From Blasia pusilla (lineage: Eukaryota): DNA of 64,000 nt. The notes below the pieces were generated by a model. It did no database searches. It saw only the letters and a list, made by a program, of their open reading frames with translations, and had not been told where the DNA came from. Shown piece after piece: positions 39,601 to 55,568 of this stretch. The stretch's first letter is position 1; each line of letters starts with the position of its first letter. The stretch is taken from contig CM114271.1 in the NCBI GenBank assembly GCA_050084515.1, positions 42,532,001-42,596,000 of the forward strand, given 5' to 3'. Made by a program: the position numbers and the translations under genes.

Positions 39601-42600
39601 GATTCTTTGGATGGCCATGTCGTGGTCATTCATCATCTGGCCGAGGATTTGGATTGCGGGATCCGAGGTCGGGATGTTTTGGGAGATGTCGCGAGAGTAT
39701 TACGACACTTGGGAGAGTCGATATGTTCTCCAACAGACATTTTGGGAGAACGTGCCGTTGTTGGGAGACACTCGTGCACGTGTGATGACGAGTGTACATC
39801 ATGTGAGGTCTTGGTTGGGACCTGCTGTGTTGTTAGATGCAGCGAGAGTTGGGTCACGTGCCCATCGTCCACGACTGTGGTGGACAAACCTGATACCATC
39901 GAGGTACTGAGTCGAGCCTGAGTGGAGTCAGAGAGCACCACATCTCACAATGGATGCTATTTTGGGCTCAGGGCGTCGATCTTAGGTGGTGACACGGGAT
40001 GATAGACCACCGTTGGCCATGGCCAATAGGGTGGGGGAGTTGAGGGAAGCCTTACCTACGTTGGTGAGCTTCCCAGCATCCCATGCCTTTTGTCAGGGAG
40101 GGCCAGGCATGATTTGGGATGAGGCGATCAAGTATTGGAGGAGCTACAATGATGAGCGCGAGCGCCATGGGGTTCACTACCGGTACTACGGCGGTGCGTG
40201 GATGATTGAGGCATCACGGAGACAGGTGTTGGGGCCGGCGATGGACCTCAACTGTCTCACATGGATAGTTAGCCTAGGTATGGCTGAGCAGAGACGGATG
40301 CGAGTGTCATCCACGCCGTCACGTCCACGAGCTGGACCATTGCCTACAAGGTCTGTACAGGCATTGGCTGGGGGCAAGACGAGGAGAGATAGGCACCCAT
40401 GGACTTCCTGGGACGTCGTTCAAGCAGAGAGTGCAAAGGCGGCTAGAGTAGCACATGTTCATTTTTCGGATGTGGAGCATGGTGTAGGAGGTCAGAGTGG
40501 AGTGGTTGTTGCGGAGGTGGCTAGGATTGCTACATAGCAACCAAAGCCGGAGGTTGCGTCCTCTCCGAGTGAGGTCACGATTGAGACTTGGGAGCCTGTG
40601 ATAGGTCTCAAGTTGATAGGAGGAGAGCGACGGCGAGTTCAAAGGTTTTTGAGAGGGCATGTCAGTTGTTTTGCCTTCAGTATGAGAGACTTGGGTACGC
40701 TAAAGGGTCCCGGGATACGGATTGAGTTGGCTAGTGATACGCCGATCTTTCGTCCACCCTACAGGTATTCTGATATGGAGCGAGCCTTGATTCAGAGTAG
40801 GAGTCAGGACTTGTTGGAGGCAAGACTTGTGGAGTTATCACATGGGGAGTATGCATCTGCCACCGTCATGCCGGCGAAGAAGGATATGCATGGCAATTGG
40901 ACGGATAGGCGGATGTGTGGAGATTACCGTCCTATCAACCGACAGACGAGGTCAGATCGGTATGCCATGCCTACTCCTGAGGAGATCTTTGATGCGGTAG
41001 GGCATGCAAAGATCTTCAGAATTTAAATCTCCAAGCTAGCTATCATCAGCTTCCTATCAGGTTGGAGGACAGGGAGAAGACATCATTCTGGGGGATACAT
41101 CGGTTCGGGAGAGATTGCTTGTATCAGTGGCGGTTCTTACCATTTGGATTGAAGAACGCGCCTGCGGAGTTTCAGAGAGTGATGGATGGGATTCTGGTTG
41201 GCTTGGATTTTGTACGATGTTACATAGATGATATTCTTATCTTCAGTTCCACGGTTGAGGAGCATGAGCGACACTTGGAGGAGGTATTTCGGCGATTGCG
41301 GTTACATGGACTGAAGTTACATCCAGGCAAGTGTAGATTCTTTCAGGAGCAGATTGAGTACTTGGGACACACCATATACCCGAGTGGGTTAGGTGTTCAG
41401 CAGACGAAGGTAGAGGCTGTTGCGCAGATTCCACGCCCTATAGATGTGAGTCGAGTCCGAGCATTTCTTGGACTTGCGAACTTCTATCGACGGTATGTCA
41501 AGGGTTTTAGTGCGATCGCAGAGTCTTTGACCTTGTTGACGAGACTTGATGAGGTGTGGTTGTGGGGAGATGATCAGGAGCGAGCATTTCAGAGCTCAAG
41601 GACAAAGTTGCGTCCTCACCCATTTTGAGAGACCGGTTAGGGGTCGCCCATTCGATTACATACGGATTGGAGCATGTTGGGTCTAGGAGCAGTGCTTACT
41701 CAGAGGGATGACGAGGAGAGGGAGTTCGTTGTGGCTTACACGAGCCGATCGAAAAACATTGCAGAGGCGAAGTATAGCTCCTACGAGGGAGAGTGCTTGG
41801 CTGCAGTGTGGGCCGTGGCACATTTTAGGTGCTATTTATTCGGCAACCCTTTCACACTCATCACTGATCATCAGCCGTTGAGGTGGTTGATGGAGTCCGA
41901 CAAGCTTACGGGAAAGCTTGCCAGGTGGGCTCTATTACTACAGGAGTATGAGTTCGAGGTGGTTCATAGGCCAGGTCGGCTGAACCAGGATGTGGATGGG
42001 TTGAGTCGTAACCCATGTCCGAGTCAGAGAGACGTCACGGGAGCTCGATGGCACGGAGAGAGTGATGAGGAGATGGTGCCCGGTTGGCATGCATCTGCCT
42101 ATCTTTGTTGGTTGACTATAGCGGTCACCATACGGTGATGACTCAGTGGTGGGATTGGATGATGAGTCTTTGGATCCGGAGGTTAGTGAGGAGGCGGCGG
42201 TGGTCGTGATATCCATGACGACGTGGAGGTTGTGGAGTTTTTCAAGACCTTTGGCGTCATTTGAGTACAAAGTGAGTGCTAGGGAGAGGATCGGATCCTG
42301 AGAGAGCCAAGAGGTTCAGGTGGGAGGGGACTCACATTTTACGGGTATGGGGAGATGGTAGGATACGAGTGGTACCTCATCCTTCCCAAATGAAAGCACG
42401 TGTAGTGCGACATGCCCATGAGGAGTTGGGACATTTCGGAGTAAAGCGCACTTACAACTTACCGTGTTCAGATTGGTGGCGCGGCATGCATACTTTGGGG
42501 TACTGTGATTTGTGGCCAGATGTATGGTATGTGACAGAGTGCGAGCATCCTTCAATGCTCCCACTCAGATTACATCCTTTGCCGATTATGGGTTTAGGTT

Positions 42601-43639
42601 ATCGGTGGAGTTTAGACTTTTGGGACCTTTGCCATTGATGGGCGTCATCAGTGCGTGTTGGTCATGGTGGAGCATTTCTCCAAGTGGATAGAGTTGGTGG
42701 CACTACCGGACAAAGCGGCGAGGAACAGCTTATGCGTTTCTAGATCGTGGTGCTTAGTCACTTTGGTGCACCGGCGGAGGTGTTGACCGACAGGGTACCG
42801 AGTTCAGGGGAGAGTTTCAGGCCTTGTGTGATCAGGCCGATAGATCACCGCACCACGCCCGGGATCATCCCGAGGCGGATGGGTTGGCAGAGAGAGTTGA
42901 CGGTGAAGAGAGGATTGCGCAAGTATGGCTTGCAGCGGGGCGATTGAGGGGTGGGACCTACGATTTGCCATGGTTGGCTATGGGTTATCGCTTTAGTCGG
43001 CAGCATCCTTGGCGTCATTTTCACGTACTTTTTGCTCTTTGGGAGAGAGCCAGATTTACCTGCAGCGATTCGACGTGACATGGCGGAGGTGTTAGATCTT
43101 GATGATCCAGATGTGTGGGTGCAAGCATGTTCTCAGACGGCATAAGTTTTTCGTAGAGTTATGCCTATGGCCTTTGAGAACTTAGCTATTGCCCATCATA
43201 GAGATACATTGAGGTACGCGACCATTCGTGGAGGAGGTTATCGTCCAGGGATTAGGAGGTTTCATCCTGGAGATTACGTGTATTTTAGCAAGCGGCGGCA
43301 CCCACGACGCTAGATGTCATCGTAGGGCGCCGCGATCCTACGTGTGCGCGAGGTATTACCGACCGGAGTCCTCATGTTGGAGGGATGGGATGGTATGGTT
43401 TGGAAGGATCATGTGCGCAATTGTGCGCCATATCATCTTCCGAACGTAGATGGGATGGTGGATCCGAGCTTGGCAGTGGTACCTGCAGGCTTGAGGTGTA
43501 TGTTGTGCGGATCTGCGAGGGGTGCAGCCACCATGTTGGTATGTGATGGTTGTTCTCAAGGGTGGGGCATATGTCATGTCTGACCCCCCCTCTTGATGTT
43601 GTTCCCACGGGACGATGGATATGTCCGAGATGTGTATAG
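36649..43639 (+). pseudogene. gag-pol of copy 2, interrupted by many short indels
   Basis: CWTCGGAHRQRDC and CDHCHRYGHTRDRC knuckles, VLLDSG protease, DNMT, YIDD RT, RNase H, integrase, PHD (43497-43639). Confidence 0.95.
39345..40260 (+). other. DNMT3-like methyltransferase domain (copy 2)
   Basis: VLDLFGGISTG (39351), GWPCRG (~39609), ENVPLLG, GSRAHRPRLWWTNL, RRQVLGPAMDLN. Confidence 0.9.
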
Positions 43640-43706
43640 GGTAGTAGGTCATGTTAGAGAGGTGTGATATTTTCTATCTGGAGTTAGGGGGATCCAACTG
43701 CTAGCT

Positions 43707-43853
43707 AGGGGGGCGGTTGTGTGATCTCCATGTATATGTATGAGTTGATTTTTGTACATGTGTGGATCGACCCGTGTGTGGAGAAGATCGGTGTTGTGTG
43801 GTGTAGATGTGACGAGGGATGTATGTTGTGTAGCGATATGTATGCCCACGACA
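43707..43853 (+). repeat. PPT (43707-43713) and repeat B1 (43716-43853, 138 bp)
   Basis: AGGGGGG-CG then GTTGTGTGATCTCC...CACGACA; repeated at 44335-44472. Confidence 0.95.
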
Positions 43854-43855
43854 GC

Positions 43856-44334
43856 TGTCACATCTGGGTAGCCGATAGGCCGAGATCTATCATGGATAGG
43901 GCGTAGGAGCCAGCGGACTATCTTGAGTGTAACTTTGTCCCACAGTGTCGGATGAGGTTGAGGATAGGTCCATTGTGTCAGGAACGTCGTTTTTGACGAC
44001 TTTCATGTTGAGGTCTTTTACAATCGGGTGACTTGTTGACCAGGTCACCCGCCCTTGGTAACCTGTGCGCGCAGGTTACCAAGGGAAGGGCTATTTTTAG
44101 GGGAAGAGCCTTTTGGCTCTTCCCAACCTATATAAGAGAGGAAGATGGCTTTCCTAAGCCATCTTTCTCATGTTGGGCCGTTGGAGCACCTCCCTTGTAT
44201 GTGTGTGAGCTAGGACTAGGGTGCTAGCGTCCGGATTCCTTGATAGCATAGGGTGGACGAGGCTCGATATGCCGATGTAGATTGAGGAGTGGAGTTTTAG
44301 GCCGGGTGTGCCGTTTTTACTACTCTTTATTTTT
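43856..44334 (+). repeat. Repeat A2 (479 bp)
   Basis: TGTCACATCTGGGTAGCC...TACTCTTTATTTTT; separated from B1 by GC. Confidence 0.95.
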
Positions 44335-44472
44335 GTTGTGTGATCTCCATGTATATGTATGAGTTGATTTTTGTACATGTGTGGATCGACCCGTGTGTGG
44401 GGAAGATCGGTGTTGTGTGGTGTAGATGTGACGAGCGATGTATGTTGTGTAGCGATATGTATGCGCACGACA
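44335..44472 (+). repeat. Repeat B2 (138 bp), element 3' terminus
   Basis: Near-identical to B1, ends CGACA, followed by TSD AGCT. Confidence 0.95.
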
Positions 44473-47400
44473 AGCTTCTTTGTAGATAGAATGATATTCA
44501 AATGTCTTTTTATTTTTACCGCAAGTAATCATTTGTAAATATCTATAATTATATTTCCCAATGAATATTTAAACTAGAACAAAAAAATTATATGTGAGAA
44601 AGGAAAGAACATATACAACTACTATTATACTATATATAACTTCAACCTAAGATAATTGATCTTAAGAAAAGAGAAATTTTTCAGTTTTCCCTATTAAGAA
44701 GACCATCGTAGAGTCCATCCTCTACTTCACCAAGCTTCATTCCAAAGTATTTCTGATCTTTAGCTTTGCCAGTAGAAGACTTGGATTGAGTCCCAAAGAC
44801 TCAATCGATTGCACGTTTCATACGTAGCCGAGAACTTCCAGCTGCCAAGTGCTGATCCGGTTGAGTCTCCCCAAGTGCGTGTTGTCTCCTTGGGAAGGCT
44901 CTCCCCAACTCGTTCCCCGGGCCTTGACCAATCTCCTCAAGTCGCTCGCCTAAATCAGAGCACGCTAGTTAATTGCTCAAGGTGTGTCCCTTAGCTCAAA
45001 ATTGAACTAAACACAAATTATAATTAGTTCATGGTTCAAGGGCTTGAGCGGGTAGATTAGGAGAGTGTTCCCCCTATCTAGGTACTTCTAGAGTTCTCTT
45101 AGGAAATCCCACCTTCACCGTTGTCCCCCTCAGGCCTTTGATTTTTGCCCTCAATCCAAACGTAGTTTGCAATGTGCGGATCAATGTTTGACTAGTTATC
45201 CATCAAGATGGTTTGGCAGAGGCTTCTTACAGCTTATTCAACTCTCAGCTCCCCAAATGCATATTGGATCTTGGACGTGCATGTGCCTCATGCATAGCTA
45301 GCGCCCATTGTGACTCCTTGTTTGGTGTCTCATGGTTGTTTTGTTGTCCTTTGCATTTAATGACTAGTCTCGTGGCGTCTAGCCCATCTTAACAACTCAC
45401 ATGTTACTTGCTTCCTTTCCTTCGTTCCCGCGATTACCTTTCTCACCTAAGGCTAGTCACAAGACACGTACGCGTCTGGCCAAGTGTTGGTGCCGCAATT
45501 GATTATGTCGACTTTCCTCACCTTGTGACTAGTTAGTCTAGGTTTCAGCTTTGGTAGATCCCACCAAGGTCTCTCCTCCTTGGACCCACGATCATAACTC
45601 GCTTCCCGGATCCCTGTTAGTGTGGGCGTCATAGACCTAGTTAATATTCATAAGGAAGAATCAAATGATTTTAGTTATATAGAAATTCACCTTTTGAGAT
45701 CTATAATCTTGATTACTTCTAAGAAAGTTTGTGCAATGCAATTACATCTTACAAGACTATGTTAAGTTTTTATTGGTATATAGTTCTCCATTTATCAAAA
45801 TCATAAATGTATTTTTTACTCCTAAAAAATTCTCCAAATTTCATAAGAGATAATTTAAAGAGATGCATAATCATTTCAATTATTTTAGAAGGCAATTTTT
45901 GTAGCAAATACCCTCTTGTCTTTCAATTATAACATCCCTACCCTCTGACAACCCGACTTCCCTTTCCCTTAGGCCACTCTTGCCCTGCTGTCATAGAGTC
46001 TAACTTGTACCTCTCCTTGCTTTGCCCCAAAGCAATCCCAACCTTGAGCCTTGCAAGTGGAAGACATAAATTGAATCCTAAAGACTAAACCCGTTACACA
46101 TTCCCTTAGGTGGGTACAAGGTGGGTGTATCCACCTAAGATTACAATCTTAGGTGGAGACATCATACAAGTTGGCAAAAGAATTGTAAGTGTTTTTTTCA
46201 TGGTGGACCCATTGCAACAAAATATTCAAGATAGTTAGGGATATGAAAACTTGTAAAAAGAAGGGAGACAAAGTGAAAAAAAAAGACAGCAGGTCAATTT
46301 TTCAATATAGCACACCATTCATGGATCACAAGAATATTAAATTCAATATAGAACAATTCTAAGCAGAACATTCAATAAAATATCTAGTCTACTTTTCAGC
46401 AATTCTCTTTAAATTTCAGGTTAGTATAGGGGGGAAAATGCAGTTTGAAAGATGCATCACTTAGTGCATGCAGGGAACTTGTCCCCAGCGTGCTAACACT
46501 AAAAACGCTCTAAGAATGCTTTCGGCCAGACGCGAATGGACGGCGCACCGGTTTCCAATAGACGTTGACACCCAGGAAAAACAATCCTCCGGTGAAATTT
46601 CAAATCTATCGTTTGCCACCTATATTAATCGATAACTTTTCTTACGTAGAGACAAACGATGGCAGTTCTTCCGGACTCCAATCGGAAAGGAGAAACAGGT
46701 GAATCGGAGGGGAGCGTGGTACGGTAGTCGTGCGGAGGACAGCGGGACCAGAAGCCATTTTGTGGCCAGCCCATGCCAACGGAGCGTGAAGCATGGACAG
46801 CAAAGGTGATTGACTCAAACGAGGTCCTCCGGCAACCCCTGTTGGTGCATGAATTTGCCCTCATCTGTCAGTCAGAGACTTCAAGATCGCCACGTCCAGC
46901 CGCCACCAATTATTCATTTCCAATACGGAGAAACCTCGACGAAGAGGAGTATAGACGCCGGCGGAGGGGCTCTCGGGACGGACTAAGACGACGAGTTGAT
47001 TCCTTGATTGGAACCGCGTTGCCACAAAATTGCAAGTCGACCACGCACGTTGGAAGTATACGATATGGCACATTCTCTACGCGGAGACGAACGAAGCAAA
47101 TGTAAAGGAAATCTTGGTTGCTTTTCTCGTAGGGTCATTCCAGGGTGAAATGTTGTAAATCTCGATCGGCTTCTCCTTGAAGTAATTCTAGATACTGCAG
47201 GCATGTCCGTAGTTCAGTTGATTCTGGCGTGGATCTGTGGTAGTTGACGTCGCCATGCCGACTGAGAAGGATTTGCTTTTTCACAGATGGCGTAGCGAGT
47301 CTCTGAACTACATATTGAATGTTGAGGATCCCCTGATCATCGCCGAGAAGTTCTCATTACCGTTGAGTTAAACTCATATTGACCATTATTTCTGAACATT

Positions 47401-48732
47401 GAATATTGAACTCAACAGCTACTCCTCTGCCGCAGTTCGTTTGCAGTAGTCGCTTATTCTCACGACGTGTGGAACGCCCGACTCTCTACCGGTGCTCGAA
47501 ACATTGGTCTGCGTGATCACTTCCGCAGTGATAATCTCTTCACATCGATGGAGATCTTACAAGTCTAGCGTCTGGGATTTGTACGTAGATCTCCATCAGC
47601 TGTACATACATACGTGCCATTCGAGAGGTTTTTCAATGAACGTAGCGCCTGGTTGTAATAGAACAGATCGGCCCATGATGTCTTCATCTAGGCATCTGAA
47701 TCTTGTCTTCAATTGATGGCTAATCGCGGGATCGTGACTTCCACTCAAGTCAGGAATGCGTGATCACTCTTCTATAGTTGCAGGGACCTGCGGTGTGTGG
47801 TAGACACAGAAGATCTTCCTACCGGTCCGTGCACGGCATATCTCCAAGTTTGCTGGAAAATGCAGAGGGGATTGATCACATGCATGGATTTCAGAACTTT
47901 TTTCTGAAGTAGAGTAACTATATGCAGTAAACGAGACGGGCGATGACTCTGGAGCTGTGCTATGCTCACTAGAGTGGATCAAACAGAATGGCGAAGAGAC
48001 TAAAATCCTTCCACAATCACCAACACAAGATGTGATGTCACCAATATAAAATAGAACCAGATTCGATCCTGTTGCATAGCTAGTATAATAAAACCGACTT
48101 CACCGATTCCGACATCGCTGCAAACACGAAATGCTCTCCGATCCCCGGTGCGAGACAAGAAAACGACATACATTTGTGGGCCCACCGTTCGAGGGTAAGA
48201 CAAGATCGGGGCTACAATCCTGATACTTTCGAGTGGCCAATGATGAATATGAACTGAGACGATGAGAATCATGAGACGCAGGTGACACGGCATTCTCAAG
48301 GACCTTTCCACGATACGACCACAATGTAAGTAATATTGAAGTAGAGTTGATCATTGTCATTAGCAATGAGTGATTGTAACGGTACGATGGTGTCATTAAA
48401 CATGCCTCGGTAACCTCACATTCCATCGAATCAAGCAGGACACGCAGTGCGACCATGCTAACGTATATCAAACTCGACGTTTATTGAGAGTCTCTGAACT
48501 GCTACTGCTCGCATCAGGTTACGAATCTTCAAGTCAGAATCTAGTCTCTAATGCGTGCACGACATTGTGCACGTGGATGAATAATGCGCTGTGGAACTAT
48601 ACAATAAGTGAGGTGAGGTTGGATGCTTTATGACTACAGAAAAAATTGACGAGTTAGGCGTGAAACTTAGAGTTGAGTTGGATGTTTCGGAATAGGGAAT
48701 GGTTCCATCAGATGCAACATGTGGCCATCCCA

Positions 48733-49622
48733 TCAAACTCTTCTAGTTTTCAGAAACCTCTTGCACAACCTTTGGAGTGCATCTCCATCTGCATGGGCAT
48801 TCTGTAGAGAAGCCCTTGCGGACTTCGCTAACTCATCCGAAAACAACCCGCCGGCCAAACGCAGATCAATGATGTGAGAAAGAAACTCGCTTGAGAATTC
48901 CGGATGACCTTGAATGCCCAAGACATTGTCACCTACAGCGTACATTTCGATGCCGCACCTGTCCGAGAAACCAAGCAATTCTCCTCCTGGAGGCACGACT
49001 TTTACCTGATCGCGATGTACTTCAAGAATATTGATGGCTGGCGGCAATTGGAGTCCCACAGCGTAAGTCTTGGTTGCAAGAGCATCAGTCATTGTGACTT
49101 TTCTCAACCCTAACTCCCAGCCGACTGTGGATCTCCAGTCTTTCCTCCGAGGGCGCGGCTAATAATCTGGTGTCCAAAACAAACGCCTAGTATCTTTTGC
49201 TTCTTCTCTTTCAGAGACTTTATCATTGCACACAGCTTCGAAACCCACTCGTCACACGCATGTGCGTCATGTCGACTGCCGGACACAACAATCCCATCAT
49301 ACTGCTCCAGGGCTTCTTCCGATGGAAACTTACCATTACAAACCGCATACACGTCCCAAGTATCACGAGGGTCCCCAAGAAATGTGACAAACATTTGCGA
49401 ATATCCACCATATTTCCCCAGATCGTAGTCATCGCCTGCATATATGTCGGCAAGAAGAATTGAGTATCTCCCGCCTACAATGTACTCACTCGTACCCAAA
49501 CCATCCGACGGCATTCTGTCCCGCTTCGTCACCAGATCACACCTCCGATCCGAGCAATACTTCCACGGTCGGCAGCACTCTCCACAAATTTCCCCAGTGT
49601 TGGACTCAGGTCCACAATCCAC
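48733..49622 (-). pseudogene. Class I glutamine amidotransferase-like / gamma-glutamyl peptidase (GGP/GAT1-like), intronless, one 1-nt frameshift at ~49134
   Basis: YDGIVVSGSRHDAH, nucleophile GVCFGHQ, EVHRDQV, QGHPEF; adding one base gives GGKTGRSTVGWELGLRKV; TATAAATAG on - at 50016-50024. Confidence 0.85.
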
Positions 49623-51848
49623 CCCGGGTCTTCCTATTCATATCACAAACTCTCCGCGCCACCATGTCCCCCACCCACAAGTGGATCACGAGAAACAGTA
49701 AGACGATAATTCAAAAAAACCAGGCATCTCTCGGATCTTCACGAAAGGATCTCGTGAAAGCACTCACTCACAGTAGAATGAGAAACGATTCCAAAACAAT
49801 CGTCCAGCGCCTGGATCTGTCCATCAAGAATCCAACTGAGCATAGCAAGCTGTAGCAGACAACCTCTACCCGCTCGGGTTCGGCGGCAGCGCAACAAGCG
49901 CGCGGAGTCAGTGCTCGGCTCGCACACACGAAGCGCGATACACCTTCCGAAACCGAAAGAGTGCAGTGCACATGAACCTGCGGCCAATGAAAGGCGGAGC
50001 CGAGGTCGACTCCTTCTATTTATACATTCACATTGACTCGGGGTTCGCGTAGTCGCGCGCGCCTCCAGCTAACGAGCAGCAGCATCATCCTGACCGCTGC
50101 CTCTTTTCGTCGCATGCGCTCTCCTCGCTCTCTGGCGGAGCGGAGCATGTTCGCCTGTTAGCGCCGCCGCCACTCACCGACTCACTGACTGCGGCGACCT
50201 GAATCCCTCACCGCTTCGGCGTAACGGGTGGACGTTATTATCGTGCATGTTTAAGAGCCAGTCCCCATGAGTCGCGGCTGAAGGTCCCTCTCGGCCCAGG
50301 CGAACGGTCCTACGGGTCCCAAACGGTTTCCGACTCTCGGCTATTAAAACAACCGGTCATAGTATTTTAATCGTAAGAGTATTTATGTGCCGTAAATTCC
50401 AGTGCCTATAAGGACCAGGATCCACCTATGGTTGGCGAATTGATAACCATTGATTTAATCTTAGAAGTATCCTCGACCGTGGAATTCCTCATGGAGTCGC
50501 GGTGGGAAGTCCTTTTCTGCCTAGGTGGACGGTCCTACCAATTTCTAAGTAGGGTCCCAAACGCTTTTCGGTACTCATGACTCACCCGCCACAGTTCTTT
50601 AGTTTTTCAAGTATCGTCCTAAATTTCATGGCGAGTGACACACTCATGGTCCGTGAAATGATGACCGCGGATTTAACATCGGAAGGATCCTGCGACCATG
50701 GAATTGTTCCATGGGGACTTGCTCTAAGAGGGGTCAAACTAATCCCTCTAATGTCTGTATTCGAGCTCTGTTACGTAAACCGGGTTTTCATTGCCTGGAC
50801 ATGTGTATAGAGGTCATATGGATACATAGGTTACCACTCCCTTTTCCTTCTAATAAAATTTTAATTTCATTAACAATAAGAATAAGTACATTTTTTACTT
50901 GTGTTTTCTAGATTTATGTTTTATTCACTTTAGATTATGCTTTTGTATTCCATTATTTTTGTAAAATTGATACTATTTCTATGTGTGTCATTTCAAATCC
51001 TACCGACCCAATCCTTCTAATCTTTCATTCAAACTAGTACTAACGAAAGTGTAAAAAAAAACACACTTATTCAAATTTCAGTAAAGATTGAAAAAATTCA
51101 TGGCCAGCCGCATGATTCTCCCGTTGAAATGAAGAGGTGTTTATAAGTTAAAAAATTGTTCTAGTATTATTTAATAATTATACATTACTATTTAAACCCA
51201 TTAAAGGAGAGGTTCAAGGGTTTTACGTCCACATATGGATTCTTGTAATATAGAATTATTTGTGAATTTTTAATAGTGATAATAATTCATTTATGAATCC
51301 AATAATTTATAAATATGGCACTTTCGGCCAATCAAGCAATAGCACGCTATGCTTTTAATATGTGTTCTTCTCACAACTCTATAGCCATTTAGGACACTTT
51401 AGGGTTTTGGTGCATAGGGTGTAATGTTTTTCTTTAAACATATTCAAATTTTTTTGTCATGGTGACAGTTACAATCTTCTCAAAAAGGGAGATCCGTCGA
51501 TAAAATTGCCGTCTTGCTTCTCCAAGAGTTATCATGGGGAGATAGGCTACCTTTAGGGTTTTACAACTTTCAGGGAGCTTGAAATGTAGACAATTTATTC
51601 ATTACACTCAAATTAGACACACAAACTCATATTGTGCACACTTCAACCTCTTACTCATGTAATGTTAGAGTCTGAGGTAGGGAGAAAGGAGAAAGGGCAA
51701 AAGCGGAAGGAACGAGCATAGCAGCAAAGCAATCTCCACTATTGGATTTGAGATCTAATGGCCACTTAGATCTAACCCTGATAGGTCACAGTTGTTGGAT
51801 TTGTGGAGGCGGCGATGGCGCTCAAGTAGGGTTGGGTTGGGTTGGTAG

Positions 51849-54767
<2,919 letters not shown>

Positions 54768-54990
54768 CATTAGAAGAAAAGTATGGTTCTTATGACTTGA
54801 CTAAGAATGACTTATGCACAAAATGACTGGTAGTATAACTCTATTGGTTAAGTCATTTTGTATAGTCATAGTGTAATGACTCAAATAGTATCAGAAATGA
54901 CTCGCTCATTTACTAGTCATATCTCGTGACTTGTTCAGTAATCGAAGTCATTTCTTCACACATATGTATTAGAAAACATAATTTGGAGCA
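54768..54990 (+). mobile_element. CACTA-type transposon end interrupting the hAT transposase
   Basis: CATTAGAAGAAAA terminus with ATGACT/AGTCAT subterminal repeats; homologous (inverted) to 22980-23194. Confidence 0.65.
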
Positions 54991-55568
54991 TTAATTAAAT
55001 TAAATTAATATATTACCAAGGCCTCATTAAAACCAACCCTAGGAGGTATAATATTATATTAAAATATAATTAATTAATTAATTAAAAGAAATAAATTAGT
55101 AAAATTTTATTTCCTAGGAGAATGAAGGAATCCACAATATCTTGTAAATTTTCTAACATTTATTAGGAAATCAAGAATATGAAATTATTTCAAAAAAATA
55201 ATAATATAACTATAAAATAAATTCATGAATAAGAAGTAAACCTAATACAAAAATAAACCATTAAATTAAATCAAACATTAAATATTTGGGAATAGAAGAC
55301 GGAGTCCAATAAAAGTTTGAATATAGATCATTAACATTAAACAATGAAAAAAGGTAGTAAAATTTAAATATCAAAGAGTAAATGAAAATGAGTACCATCA
55401 TGAATAATTAGGAAATGATAATATATTTATAATAAATTTTTTTCCACAAAACAATCCATCTTGAGTACGTCCGAGAATCACTAAACCTAATATAAGTAGA
55501 CCTAGAGTTCATTGAAAAAGAGCAAACAAAAGAATACAATATTCACTGGTTTGTTTCCTGGCTTCCCC

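Larger units (their letters stand above)
34691..44472 (+). mobile_element. Copy 2 (divergent subfamily) of DNMT3/PHD Gypsy-like element, full length with split direct repeats A1-body-B1-A2-B2
   Basis: TG...CA termini; 4-bp TSD AGCT (34687-34690, 44473-44476); full domain set. Confidence 0.95.

Noticed and set aside
34691-44472. Classification as a DIRS/Ngaro/PAT element because of split repeats and a methyltransferase
   Set aside because: It has an aspartic protease, HHCC-DDE integrase, PPT and TSD; the MTase is C5-cytosine type; no tyrosine recombinase seen
46600-48500. Short ORFs (e.g. 46773-47105, 48100-48471)
   Set aside because: No recognisable domain or consistent exon structure
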